Of a DNA stretch of 64,000 nucleotides, positions 23,520-36,480 are shown piece by piece (position 1 is the stretch's first letter; every line of letters starts with the position of its first letter). The notes below the pieces were generated by a model. The model did no database searches. It was given only the letters and a program-made list of their open reading frames with translations, and was not told where the DNA came from. A program made the position numbers and the translations under genes. The DNA is taken from positions 95,193,672-95,257,671 of the forward strand of contig NC_057719.1 of the NCBI RefSeq assembly GCF_004010195.1, written 5' to 3'. This stretch comes from Chiloscyllium plagiosum (lineage: Eukaryota).

Positions 23520-25000
23520 ATAGCGGATAAAGTGTTGGAATGGATTATAAAAGATAGGATTTATAATCATCTGGAAAGGAATCATTTGATTAGGGAGAGT
23601 CAACACAGTTTTGTGATGGGTCGGTTGTGCCTCACAAACCTTACTGAGTTCTTTGAGAAGGTGACCAAACAGGTGGATGAGGATAAAGTGGTTGATGTGG
23701 TGTATATGGATTCCAGTAAAGTGTTTGATAAAGATCCCCATGGAGGAATAATTTGATTAGGGAGAGTCAACACAGTTTTGTGACGGGTCGGTTGTGCCTC
23801 ACAAACCTTATTGAGTTCTTTGAGAAGGTGACCAAACAGGTGGATGAGGATAAAGTGGTTGATGTGGTGTATATGGATTCCAGTAAAGTGTTTGATAAAG
23901 ATCCCCATGGTAAGCTATTGCAGAAAATGCAGAGACATGGGTTTGAGGGTAATTTAGCGGTTTGGATCAGAAATTGACTAGCTGAAAGAAGACAGAAGGT
24001 GGTGGTTGATGGGAAACGTTCACCCTGGAGTTCAGTTTCTAGTGGTGTGCTGCAAGGATCTGTTTTGGGGCCACTGCTGTTTGTCATTTTTATAAATGAC
24101 CTGTAAAAGGATGGATTAATAAATTTACGGATGACACTAAGGTCGATGTAGTTGTGGACAGTGCTGAAGGATGTTACAGGTTACAGAGGGACATAGATAA
24201 GCTGCAGAGCTAGGCTGAGAGGTGGAAAATGGAGTTTAATGTGAAAAAGTGTGAGGTGATTCACTTTGGAAAGAGTAACAAGGATAATGAGTCCTGGGCT
24301 AATGGTAAGATTCTTGATAGTATGGATGAGTAGAGATATCTCGATGTCCATATACACAGATCCCTGAAAGTTGCCACCCAGGTTGATAGGGTAGTTAAGA
24401 AAGTGTACAGTGTGTTAGCTTTTATAGGTAGAGAGATTGAGTTTCAGAGCAATGAGTCATGTTGCAGCTGTACAAAACTCTGGTGCGGCTTAGAGTATTG
24501 TGTACAGTTCTGGTCACTGCATTATAGGAAGGATGTGGAAGCTTTGGAAAGGGTTCAGAGGAGATTTACCAGGATGTGGCCTGGTATGGAGGGAAGGCTG
24601 AGGGACTTGAGGCTATTTTCCTAAAAGAGAAGAAGTTTGAGAGGTGACTTGGTTGAGACATATAAGATTATCAGAGGGTTAGATAAGTGGACACTGAGAG
24701 CCTTTTTCCTCGAATGGTGATGGCTAGCATGAGGGGACATAGCTTTAAACTGAGGGGTGATGGATATAGGACAGATGTCAGAGGTAGTTTCTTTACTCAG
24801 AGAGTAGTAGGGGTGTAGAACACACTGCCTGCAACAGTAGTAGACTTGCCAACTTTAAGAGCATTTAAATGGTCATTGGATAAACATATGGATGATAATG
24901 GAATAGTGTAGGTTAGATGGGATTCAGATTGGTTTCACAGGTCGGTACAACATTAAGGGCTGAAGGGCCTGTACTGCGCTGTAATGTTCTATGTTCTGTG
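23520..25000 (+). mobile_element. 5'-truncated CR1 LINE (RT to 3' tail) with an internal 167-bp tandem duplication
   Basis: SQHSFVxGRLCLTNLxEFFEKVT..DVVYMDSSKVFDK; decayed QGSVLGP and (A)DDTK motifs; LEYCVQFWSLHYRKD; tail atgttctatgttct; duplication 23577-23743 / 23744-23910. Confidence 0.93.
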
Positions 25001-25393
25001 GTATGAGAGGTGACCTGAATGGAGCACATGAATTCCTGAGGCTGGTTGGGAGTAAGTATATTATTTTAAAATTGAGGGGTCTCCTATATGGACGGATTGA
25101 GAAGAAATCTTTGCTACCAGAGGGTGATCAGTCTTTCGGAACTCTGCCCAGGAAAGCAGTGGATCCCAGTCTTTGGAAGGAATTTTCCCAGCCCTGGAAT
25201 GGATTGGGCAATGGTGAGACCATTGGGAATATAAGGTGAGATCAGCAAAATGAGAATTACAACTTTGAGAGAAAAATGTTCATTTATCCCACAAAATCTT
25301 GAATGTTGAGAGGAGAATCTGGCTGTAAGTGCCCTGTTTGCATTCTTTTGTATACATAGCATGTCAGCATTACCTAATCACACCTCATCAATA

Positions 25394-25546
25394 GGTCAGG
25401 CAGCATCCAAGGAACAGGAGAATCGCCTTCTTCAGGGCTTATGCCCGAAACGTCGATTCTCCTGTTCCCTGGATGCTGCCTGACCTGCTGCGCTTTTCCA
25501 GCAACACATTTTCAGCTCTGATCTCCAGCATCTGCAGTCCTCACTT
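25394..25546. mobile_element. Family A palindromic element (internally deleted)
   Basis: Perfect 14-bp TSD ACACCTCATCAATA at 25380-25393 and 25547-25560. Confidence 0.9.
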
Positions 25547-26035
25547 ACACCTCATCAATACACAGCTTCCTATTTTCTCACGTACCAGATAGAAACTAAA
25601 TGGTGACAATTCTCAGTATGAAAGTCAGAGTGGTTACCTGGCAATGCCAACTCACTGTTTGCTCCTTTAGCCTTTCACATGAACAATATCACTCCAGTAC
25701 CTCAGGACACACTCCACCAGAGTGATCATTCATAGTCTCTGTCCATGCACATTGGCATTGGGTGTAAACCAGCCTCACCATTGTCTCAGATCACATCTCT
25801 GATCCATTTAAAAATGATTTCATGCTTCAGTGCTGCGATTTGGAGCGTACTGAAATGTGTCATTAGAATGCTGTTATCAGGTCCCTTTGCGTTCATGGCA
25901 ATACACTCAACTCATCGATAGGACTGAGATGAACCCTAACTTCTTCTCTTTGATTCACCCACTTTGTGTCTACTTAGATACAGCATCACTCCTTTGCCAT
26001 TTTGGGCTTTGCACCTCTTAGCCAGAGCTTAAAGA

Positions 26036-26149
26036 CTCATGCCCGAAACGTCAATTCTCCTGCTCCTTGGATGCTGCCTGACCTGCTGCGCTTTTCCAGC
26101 AACACATTTTCAGCTCTGATCTCCAGCATCTGCAGTCCTCACTTTCTCC
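26036..26149 (-). mobile_element. Family A single-arm fragment
   Basis: ctcatgcccgaaacgtc..ggatgctgcctgacctgctg..cagtcctcactttctcc. Confidence 0.85.
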
Positions 26150-27329
26150 AACTTGTGATGGTTGGCAGCAGTCATCACTGAAATAATCATTGAATCCCCA
26201 CAGTGCAGAAAGAGGTATTTGGCCCAATCAAGTCTGTACTACCCCTCTGAAAAGTATCCTATCCAGAACCAGCCATCTACCTTATCCCATAACACCGCTT
26301 TTACCATGGTCAATCCACTAATCTGCACATCTTTGAACTGTGAGAGGAGCTGCATTTCTCAAGCACTTCCTGTTTTTGTTTCAGATTTCCAGAACCCACA
26401 GTTCTTTATTTTATTTTGGTTAATATTTTTAAGATGGAAGTGGATAGAATCTTGACTAACAAGAGAGTGAAAAGTTATCGGGAATAGGTGGGAGTGAGGA
26501 GTTTGAAAGTGAGAGCAAGCTGCTTTGATCAAATAGCTGAGTCCTCCAAATTGGGTATGAATCTTTTAAAGATTATCCAATCACATTGCAATTTTAAACA
26601 GTCATTATCAATTCAGTCATGTTGTCTTGGATGATTTTATTACACAGTCAACCATGATTCGCAAGAAAGTAAACCAAAATCCACAAAGATTGATTTACCA
26701 TCAAAGTAGGAATTGTATTTGAGACTTCAATAAAGTTGTTATTTTCTTCATAGAAAGATCTATTTTAAATTTGCTTGCACCGCTTTAATATTTCGTTGTG
26801 CTTGATACATGAGCTACATTTTCCCAGTCTCTTCGGGGTTAGGAAATGGAACTGGCAGCAAAATAGACAGTAGGATGTTAAGGCAGCAAAATGCAGCCTC
26901 TGAGGAATCTAGCTAGATGGGGACTGGGGGGAAAAAAGTCAATTGCTGAACAGCAGTGAGCAGCCAAGTGGGTTCATTTTTGCATTGTCTTGGAAGAGAT
27001 GATACAGAGATCTTTCTGATAGACCTCTAGGTCCCTGGCTTAGAGCAGAGCCCCTCATTTCTCAGGAGGTGGTACCCAATGGCAACATGTGGGAGCCATC
27101 AAAATCTCCCCACCTTGCCTCAAGACAGACCCACAGGAAAATAACAGCTTCAGCTGCAGCTACAAGCCATGCTGTGGCAGCTGCTGTGCATTGGGGTGGT
27201 GGGGGTGGTTGGTGTGGGGGTAGTGAGGGAGTGCTCATTCTCCCTTCCCCCACTTCTCCCTCTCCTTTAAGGCCATGAAACAGATGGGCAAAAATAGGCC
27301 ATTCAGCCATCCTGCAGCTTACTCTACCC

Positions 27330-28640
27330 GAAGCTGCTCAAAATAAATCCATCTTATGTACAATCCATGAATTCCTTTTCTTGAGACCCACTACCAATTG
27401 GATTTTCCAGTCCATCTGCAGATTGAAGTCCCCTCATGAATATTATAACAATGCCTCCCTATCTCAGGATTTTTCTTGCCCATGTCCTAACTACTGCTAG
27501 GAGCCTGTACATAATTCTCAATAGGGACTTTTTTTCATTGTGGTTCCTCATCTCTACCCATACCAATTCTATGCCTTCCAATTCTATATCACTTCTTGTT
27601 ATCAATTTAATATCACTTCTTACTAATAAAGCATCCTCATCCCATCTATGAAGAGAGGTTGGGTATATTAGGATTGTTTTCATTAGAAAGGCGAAGGTTG
27701 AGAGGGTCCCTGAGGTTGAGGTCTACAATATCATGAGAGGTATCGACAGGGTGGATAGCAAGGAGCTTTTTCCCAGAGTGTGGGACTTAATTATTACAGG
27801 TCACAAGTTCAAGGTGAGAGAAGAAAGGTTTAAGGGAGATATGCGTGGAACTTTCTTCACACAGAGGGTGATGGGTGCCTGGAATGCATTGCCAATGGGG
27901 GTGATAGAGGTGAGCATGATAGCATCATTTAAGATGCATCTAGACAGATACATGAATGGGCAGGGAGCAGAGGAATACAGATCCTTAGAAAGTAAGCGAC
28001 AGGTTTAGATAAAGGATCTGGATTGGCGCAGGTTTGGAGGGCCGGCCGGCCGGTTCCTGTACTGTAATTTTCTTTGTTCTTTGTTCAACATATCTGCCCA
28101 TCCTTTTGACAGGATGTGTATCGTTGGTTATTTAGTTCCCAGCCCTGATCCCCTTATAGCCACATCGCTGAGATATCCACAATAACATATCTGCCAATTT
28201 CAATCTGTGCTACCATCTCATTGACCTGGTTTCATATACTGTGTACATTTAAGTACAACACCCTCAGTCCTGTATTGACTCCCTCCACACCCGCCATAGT
28301 TGTCCCTTTATCTTCTGATACTTTCCATTCTCTCTGTCCTATTACATGTCCTGGAAACTTTAATCACCACTGCAAAGCACCCCTTCAAATGTTTCCAAAA
28401 TTTCCAAAGCAACTGGACCACCCCACCATTATTTAGTTTAAAATCTTATCCATAGTCCTTGCTAAGTGATTTACCGAGACTCTGATTCAGATGAAGCATG
28501 TTCCATCAAAACAGCCCCTTCCTTCCCCAATTCCATGAATTCGAACCAGTTTCTACCACATCAATCTATGAGCCACACACTTACATCTTTGGTTTTGCAG
28601 ACCATTTGCCAATTTTCTCAGGGTTCAGGTAGTAATCCGG
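27330..28640 (-). mobile_element. Old CR1 fragment (endonuclease region) interrupted by a younger plus-strand CR1 3' end (~27650-28086)
   Basis: Minus ORF ELVWVEMRNHNEKKSLLRIMYR (APE-type endonuclease); plus ORF MRGIDRVDSKELFP..FFTQRVMGAWNALP with a tctttgt tail. Confidence 0.8.
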
Positions 28641-28689
28641 AGATGTGCAAGTCAAATTTAAAGGAAAACAGACAATGAAAGATAAATGT

Positions 28690-29390
28690 CACAAAGAAAA
28701 TTGCTGCAGATAGGTATAATAGAGAATAATTCACTTCCATTTCTGTCCAGAATCAATTTGTTTTTGGAAAGGAAGTTGTAAATGTTTCTCAGATTCTGAG
28801 TGTGCAGTCAATTTGATCAACAAATGGCAAGATTTCATACTTAGAGATTATTTATTCACCCATTCACTCCAAAAATGCAATGCTATTTCACTTTGTACTC
28901 ACTAACAAACACATTGAAGGGAGGAAAATACAGGGACAGAGAACAGTGAATGATTTGAATTAGAAGCAAAACGTAGTTTGTAGTTCATATGTTTCAGTCA
29001 TCTTATCGGCTGGATGAAGGTATTACAGTCCTAAAGGTTAGTCGAGGTGGAGTCAATAGTGAAGTTGGATATTTGAATTATCGCAACATGGCTTTAAGAA
29101 ATGACTTCTCAGCAAGTTACCAAGTTAGTTTTTGGTCATCTTATCACGTGGAGGTAGTTTTCAGTACTGATGAACTTGAAAAGGAACAGGCTTGGAAATT
29201 GCACAGATGTTGAAGTCTTTAGTTTTAAAACCATAAGTGTTGGTGCCCTTTTCTGTTGCTAGCTCTGTGGCTTTTACTCATAGACTGACTGGTACCCTTC
29301 ATGTGGCGATAATGCTGTTATTTCGGTCACATGATCGATACTTCTGTTAACCGGTCAGAACGATTTGATGTTTGAAGCCATTGCTGTGCA
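28690..29390 (-). mobile_element. Possible highly decayed Gypsy gag-protease remnant
   Basis: Minus strand QIDSG..EVN protease-like relic at ~28730-28765. Confidence 0.35.
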
Positions 29391-30459
29391 GGGAGAGATA
29401 ACTGTTTCCTATTCACATCACTTACGTTTAATGGTTTCTGCAACCTTATTTTCATTAAATATGAAACTCAATAACAATTGATCTGGAAGTCCACTTAATT
29501 TAGGCTTAGCAGCCTTTTTCCTATTTTAGACATCTTCCTGTGCAATACTCAAAAAGGTTTCCTTCGCATTAATTCAGAGTATTGAATATTCAGACTTGAA
29601 AAATAGCGTTATACCTGTCCATGGCACAGGAGGGTCTGCCCTGGCAGAGGTCAAGTTGTGTCAAGTCTTCAGATGAAAATTTCTGACCACCAATCCGAGT
29701 AGAACACTACAGTAAGAAAATCATGGCCACTGGGTCTTGGTTATTTGCCAACGGTTGGATGGGAAAAATCCAAACTGCCCTTGAAGAACTTTCCCATAGA
29801 ACATATGGCCTGTTGATAATGTCATTAGACCAAATCCAGAGGCCAGATTAGTCACTAAGGGGTAATGTTTCCAATCCTGCCATGGCAGCTGTGGAATACA
29901 AACAATGACATTTTCATTTGGAAATCTGGCACACATGTGTTGAGTTTTGGATAAGTCTACAAATAGCATAAGGTGTAAATTCTACCGATGGATCTTATAT
30001 CAGTAGCCATTCAAAGGGTGATCTCACCATGGTCAATTCATTCAGAACTTTCTGAAGATTTCAGATAGTGTGTACAGAAATTTCAAAGGTCACCTGAATC
30101 TCTGCAATCATGTTTACAGTTTTTTAACTTGCATTTCTGTAAAAGACAGTTCCAGAATATTCTATGCTCCAAACTTAAAGTTATGAACATGACCCACTTT
30201 GTGCTCAATATGTTTTGCAGCTGCCTCAGTGCTGACTAGATCACCCAGTCAGATTTCCATTCAGCATGCCAGGTCCTACACCTGGCCCAAACATGGGAAA
30301 TGCAGGTATTCATTTTTAATGGCCATGTTCCCAGAGTCAGGAATTCTCCCACCTCTGAATACAATCTGAGAATGAAAATCAGGCTTGTCTATTTTATAGT
30401 TCTATGGCTAAAATATCTGCAGTCAATTCCTTTTCAGTAGTTTCTTCTCCATACTATAC

Positions 30460-31102
30460 TGTTATAGACCAGGCCAGACCCCTTCAAAATATATTAAGAA
30501 GGCAGTCTAGACCCTAACTTTTTTCTTATTTCAAAGATAAATGTGAGGTTCTGTGGTTCACATGCAATTTAATTGGTTAAACTATTAAACAAAATACAAT
30601 TTATTCAAAGACTGTAGTTAAAATGGAACAAATAAAAGGGACTTATAATAACTTAACCCTATTGGAAAACTTAGGAGAATATTAGAGTATTTTATAACTA
30701 AACAGTAATTGTTCCAATATAACAACATCCCATAAACACAGCCTTGGCAAAAAGGCAAATTCAGAAAACCAATTGTCTCATATGCAATGCTCCAATCCAG
30801 GAGGAAAGAACATCACAAGACAATTTGGAGAGAGAGAGAGTACAGCAGGTGGAAGAAATTCACTGTCTTCTAACCCTGCTGAGACCCCAGAAACAGCCGC
30901 TGAACGCTGAACTAAAAATCCTGGATCTGTGAGAGCTTGAGGACACCCAGGCAGGCTACTTCTATTGTTCCAAATTTTAAAAAAAACCAAAGGCCTCACA
31001 GGTTGTTTATCTTCTTGTAGACTTCTCTTTATCTGTTCCCCCAATCTCTCTCTAAAAGAAACCAGGATAAAACACACCTCTTAAAGCCACAGCATCATTA
31101 CA
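30460..31102 (-). mobile_element. Solo LTR of a Gmr1-like Gypsy relative
   Basis: TG...CA termini; 4-bp TSD ATAC (30456-30459, 31103-31106); 643 bp; start matches the reverse complement of the LTR end at 59480-59520. Confidence 0.85.
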
Positions 31103-31520
31103 ATACTCAATATCCAAAATACCAGTACATGTATAGAATATGATCATTTCCATGACTTTGTGTTAGCAATAAGTTATAAGATGAAAATCATGACTATTCC
31201 ACTTTTTGAACACTATAGCATTTCAGAATAAGACTTTCAACTTCCTGTATATTTGTGTGAGTAGACAGTGCAGTTACTTAAGAAGACATGAGAGGCATAT
31301 TCTTTATACAGAGGTTGGTTCGTATGAGGAATAAACCTCTTCAGGAAATGGTGCATGTGGGCACAGTTGCATCATTTAAAAGTCACTTAGATAAATACAT
31401 AAATAAGAAATATTTGGAGTTATATGGGCCAGAAGCCGGCAGGTGCAACAAGGCGAAAGTGAGCACTGCAGATGCTGGAGGTCAGAGTCAAGATTAGAGT
31501 GGTGCTGGAAAAGCACAGCA

Positions 31521-32475
31521 ATAGACAATAGGTGCAGGAGTAGGCCATTCTGCCCTTCGAGCCTGCACTACCATTCAATATGATCATGGCTGATCATCCT
31601 CAATCAGTATCCTGTTCCTGCCTTATCTCCATAACCCTTGATTTCACTATCCTTGAGAGCTCTATCCAACTCTTTCTTAAATGAATCCAGAGACTGGGCC
31701 TCCACTGCCCTCTGGGGCAGAGCATCCCACACAGCCACCACTCTCTGGGTGAACAAGTTTCTCCTCATCTCTGTCCTAAATGGCCTACCCCGTATTTCTA
31801 AGCTGTGTCCTCTGNNNNNNNNNNNNNNNNNNNNNNNNNNNNNNNNNNNNNNNNNNNNNNNNNNNNNNNNNNNNNNNNNNNNNNNNNNNNNNNNNNNNNN
31901 NNNNNNNNNNNNNNNNNNNNNNNNNNNNNNNNNNNNNNNNNNNNNNNNNNNNNNNNNNNNNNNNNNNNNNNNNNNNNNNNNNNNNNNNNNNNNNNNNNNN
32001 NNNNNNNNNNNNNNNNNNNNNNNNNNNNNNNNNNNNNNNNNNNNNNNNNNNNNNNNNNNNNNNNNNNNNNNNNNNNNNNNNNNNNNNNNNNNNNNNNNNN
32101 NNNNNNNNNNNNNNNNNNNNNNNNNNNNNNNNNNNNNNNNNNNNNNNNNNNNNNNNNNNNNNNNNNNNNNNNNNNNNNNNNNNNNNNNNNNNNNNNNNNN
32201 NNNNNNNNNNNNNNNNNNNNNNNNNNNNNNNNNNNNNNNNNNNNNNNNNNNNNNNNNNNNNNNNNNNNNNNNNNNNNNNNNNNNNNNNNNNNNNNNNNNN
32301 NNNNNNNNNNNNNNNNNNNNNNNNNNNNNNNNNNNNNNNNNNNNNNNNNNNNNNNNNNNNNNNNNNNNNNNNNNNNNNNNNNGCTAAACCCATGCCCTCT
32401 CGTTCTGGACTCCCCCACCCCAGGAAAAGACTTTGTCTATTTATCCTCTCCATGCCCCTCATGATTTTATACACG
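31521..32475 (-). mobile_element. Young CR1 3' end spanning an assembly gap, adjacent to a family A fragment (31455-31520)
   Basis: aatagacaatagg tail, CR1 3' UTR; YKIMRGMERINRQSLF peptide. Confidence 0.8.
31815..32382. other. Assembly gap
   Basis: Run of N. Confidence 1.
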
Positions 32476-32869
32476 TACAGTTACAACGTTTAAAAGACAT
32501 TTGGATAAGTACATGAATATGAAAGGTTCGAAGGTTTATGGGCAAACACTGGTAGGTGGGACGAGTTTCGTTTGAGAACATAGTCAGCATGGACTAGTTG
32601 GATGAAGGGTCTGTTCAGTGCTGTCTGACTCTGTGACTGACCTGTACTAGTCTTAAAACCATTTTCTTACTTCTCCCCATAACCATCCACTTCTTTGTTG
32701 ATCAAAACTCAGATGAACTTAGCCTTGAATATGTTCAATGACCCCACTTCTGAACTAAATTCCTCTTCGTAATATACCACTTGCCTTGCTCATTGCCTGC
32801 TGCATCTGCCCGACAACTGGCATTGACTGGTGTGGAGGGTCTCTGCGACCCCTTTGTACATCCATACAT

Positions 32870-32992
32870 CATTCGTGATGAAGGGCTTGTGCCCGAAATG
32901 TTCACTGTCCTGCTCCTCAGATGCTGCCTGACCTGTTGTGCTTTTCCAGTGCCACATTTTTCGACTTTCACCGCGAGTCCTCATTTTCTCCA
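32870..32992 (-). mobile_element. Family A decayed single-arm copy
   Basis: gtgatgaagggcttgtgcccgaaatg..gatgctgcctgacctg..gtcctcattttctcc. Confidence 0.75.
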
Positions 32993-33049
32993 CATTCCAA
33001 TATATCACCATTTAAACAATGCACTGTTTTCTTTTTAACAGCAAAGGCT

Positions 33050-35300
33050 ATAACTTCACATTGCGGCACTGCACTTGCCATGTGTTTGCCAATTAAGACA
33101 CAGACCTGGACCAACTTCGGGAAGTGGCAAAACACTGCGATCTGAACAAAAACTGTCGCACCACTCAAAACGTCGCTTCTGTTTACCTTTCCACAGACGC
33201 TGCTCGACCCGTTGGCTTTCTGCAGTATTCGCTGTGTTTGTTCCACACAAATGCTGCTTTCCATTAAAGAACTTCAATCCCTGTCCTCTGGTAACTGGCC
33301 CTAGTCAGTTGCAATAGGTTCTTCTGATCATTAACCTGTCTATTCCCACCACGTCTTCTCCCATCATTGCCAACAGCCCCAGGAAATCTCCAGTTAACCT
33401 TCTTTGCTCCAACGAGAACATTCCCAAACTTGGGAATGTCTCCACAAAATGGAAATTGCTCATCCCTGGATATGATCCAAATGTTACAATGGGGAAGAGG
33501 TTTTGGCAACATATTGCCAGTTAGCAGGTGGAATAATTTTCAGGAAGTAAAACAGAAATCCCAGTATCCAGCGTTGTGAATCTTCAGAAACTCTTTGGGA
33601 AGTGGAATTAGAGGAGAATGAAAGATGACCTGTCCGACTGAGCAGAGACAGTCCAGACACCTTCCCCTTGTTTAAGGGGCCGGGAGATTGACTCTGATAT
33701 TCTCCGGATATGAACTGACCCGAGACATTGAAAGAATTCTCTGCACATCAGGAATTCAAACCCCTTCTCGGCTCGGGGCCAATGAGAAAATTCGGAAAGA
33801 GGCAAAGCACTGAAAGGCTCGGAGGGCGATGGCCCCAGTGTAGAAGAGCTAGTTCCTCGTGACATGGAAGTGCCTGCAGATGGTGGGATCAGACTGTCCC
33901 CATGTTTCCACAATGAACGTCCAAGGCTTTATCATGGAAAAGTAAAACTGACAGAAGACAATGGTAATTCTGGGCGGGACAGGTTGAATTATTAGTTGAA
34001 TAGTAGCGCCCTCCAAGTGACTGTGCGAGCGGCACCCGGGCCCGTGTCTGTAACGCAATTGGCCAGCGCGTTCGGCTGTTCACCCGAAGGTTGGTGTTTC
34101 GAAACCACCCACGGCCGGAGCGTTTTTGTGTTGTCGCTTCTACCGCTTTCTTGGCTGCAAAGATGCGCGTTTTTAATGGTGTCAGGAAAATGTTTCCCAA
34201 ACGGAAATCTTATTCACTGAGGAAACACAAAGGGGCTTCGGAATTGATTGAATTTCTAACGTAAAGGACTGCGGATGCTGAGTAGTCCGAGACAGAAAGC
34301 GAAACTGCTGGAGAAACTCAGTAGGTTTGGCTGTACCTGGATGAGGGAAAAAAAAGTTCTGAAATGTTGTCCCTGATTCTCTTTCCACAGATGCTGCATG
34401 ACCTGCTGAGTTGCTCCTGCAATTTCTGGTTTTGTTTCTAACTGAACGTCCGTTTCATCTTTCGGGATGAAGCACCCAGACTCGCCATTTGCAGATATTT
34501 AACCCTTTCGAAACCTGTGAAGTGATTGGATTCAAACAAACTCTGCAATGATTCACTCTTTCTCAGCTCCACAAGCAGAGAGACCTGGGAAATGAAGCTG
34601 TCAGTGTGCTTCTGTATTGGTGGACCGAGTAGCGAATGCGATGGACATGAAATCCACTGCGGTTTCCTCACGCAGGTGTGAACCCTGCCAACTGCAGTTG
34701 AGAACTGTCGTCAAAAGGAAAGGGAGATTGCTCCATGGTTTTGTAAAGATGCAAATCAGTGGAAGAGTTGAAATATTTCAACCACATTGGGACTGATTGG
34801 GAATCTGCAACCCACTTGCTGCGCATGTCCGTGTTAACGTCAGAGCTCTGCAGCATGGCGGCGTCAGGTCCGCACTGGGCCGGGCCGCAATGGATGACGC
34901 ATCTGACTCCAGCTAGCTGTTTGAAATGCAGCTCACAGCTTCTTCACACACCCCAATTAATCTTTCTCATTGTCCTGAAGCCGGCATAAGGTTTGAATTC
35001 CTGATCTGCAGGAACGAGACTCTTTTCACTCTCTCGCGTCAAGAAGTGTCCCTGAGAACATCAGAGACAAGTCACAGCGCTGTCGGAGGGGGGGAAGCTG
35101 AAATAGCCCCACACGCTGCTCACGGGCACATTTCACTTTCCCCAACTCACCGCCCCAACCACTGCAGCTATTGGGAGTGGAAAGGGAACAAACACCAAAA
35201 CCCAGTCCCAGCTTTGTAAATCTTCAGGAAATATGAAAGCTGTTCATCCCTTCGGGTTTTCCATCCTGGGCTGACAGCGTTGATTTTAAATGGCTGTCCA
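33050..35300. promoter_or_regulatory. CpG-rich, largely unique island; candidate promoter or enhancer
   Basis: Dense CpG (e.g. 34020-34170, 34820-34910) in an otherwise CpG-depleted window; CCAAT-like motifs and TGACGCA near 34895; no recognisable ORF. Confidence 0.45.
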
Positions 35301-35339
35301 GTCAGTGCCGATTCGTTTTGGCTGAAAAACTATTCCTTA

Positions 35340-35640
35340 TCTCATCCCAGCATTTCTTGCCACAGAGAACTGTGCGGCAGAGTTCATGTATATATTTCCT
35401 TGTATGGTATTTTGTAAATAACATTCGTTTGCTGGTTGTTTGTATCGGATATTTCAGGTTCATTAGCCGCTGTTCACATGTGTTGGTAAGTTTGTGGGCC
35501 ACCATGATTCTGAGAGGGTTGAGTTGTCTGGACATCATTTCACAGATGTCTTTAATGTAAAGTAATGCGGCTAGAGTTTCTGCAGACGTTGAGTCTGCTT
35601 GTGTCAATTTGTTGATGAGAAATCTTCAGACTGGGTTTAT
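35340..35640 (-). mobile_element. Decayed Penelope-like element fragment (linker before GIY-YIG)
   Basis: ORF peptide LLYIKDICEMMSRQLNPLRIMVAHKLTNT, homologous to the PLE at 53.5/62.0 kb. Confidence 0.7.
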
Positions 35641-35649
35641 TGGTTCGTC

Positions 35650-35939
35650 AAAAGTGAGTGCTGCAAATGCTGGAAACCAGAGTTTAGATCAGAGTGGTGC
35701 TGGAAAAGCACAGCAGGTCAGACAGCTTGCGAGGAGCAGGAAAATCGCCGTTTCGGGCAAAAGCCCTTCATCAGGAAAGAGGCAGGACGCTTCCAGGGTT
35801 GGCGATATAAATTGGGGGGTGCTGGGCCGAAGGTAGCAAAGAGTACAATAGGTGAATGGGAGTGGGGACAGAGGTGACAGGTCAGAGAGGAGGATGGAGC
35901 GGATAGGTGGGAAGGGAGATTGGCAGGTAGGTCAGGTCA
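35650..35939 (+). mobile_element. Family A terminus continuing into purine-rich parent-element sequence, ends at the gap
   Basis: aaagtgag..ctgcaaatgctgga..cagcaggtcag..gtttcgggcaaaagcccttcatcagg (minus-strand hammerhead core). Confidence 0.75.
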
Positions 35940-36277
35940 NNNNNNNNNNNNNNNNNNNNNNNNNNNNNNNNNNNNNNNNNNNNNNNNNNNNNNNNNNNNN
36001 NNNNNNNNNNNNNNNNNNNNNNNNNNNNNNNNNNNNNNNNNNNNNNNNNNNNNNNNNNNNNNNNNNNNNNNNNNNNNNNNNNNNNNNNNNNNNNNNNNNN
36101 NNNNNNNNNNNNNNNNNNNNNNNNNNNNNNNNNNNNNNNNNNNNNNNNNNNNNNNNNNNNNNNNNNNNNNNNNNNNNNNNNNNNNNNNNNNNNNNNNNNN
36201 NNNNNNNNNNNNNNNNNNNNNNNNNNNNNNNNNNNNNNNNNNNNNNNNNNNNNNNNNNNNNNNNNNNNNNNNNNNNN
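35940..36277. other. Assembly gap
   Basis: Run of N. Confidence 1.
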
Positions 36278-36480
36278 AAGTCCCGCTGTAGTGTGTTCCT
36301 CCTCTTCTTCCCGACAGCATTTGTGCCGACATGTACCAACACCACTGGCTCTACACCTTCGTTCTTGACTATGAAGTCCGCTATTACCACCCACTCAAAT
36401 AACAATCACTTACCTTCCCGACCGGCTTTGCGCTCTGACTTCACTTCTGCCCAGCTCCCGCCGTTCTCTGCTGCAAAAAG
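36278..36480 (-). mobile_element. CR1 ORF1 esterase (SGNH/GDSL-like) fragment joined to 5' UTR-like sequence
   Basis: Peptide EGVEPVVLVHVGTNAVGKKR resembles the CR1 ORF1 esterase VHVGTND block. Confidence 0.7.

Noticed and set aside
31638..32493. Long ORFs at 31.6-32.5 kb and 35.8-36.6 kb
   Set aside because: Artefacts of reading through N gaps
34438..34989. ORFs within the CpG-rich island
   Set aside because: Short, overlapping on both strands, with no recognisable domain
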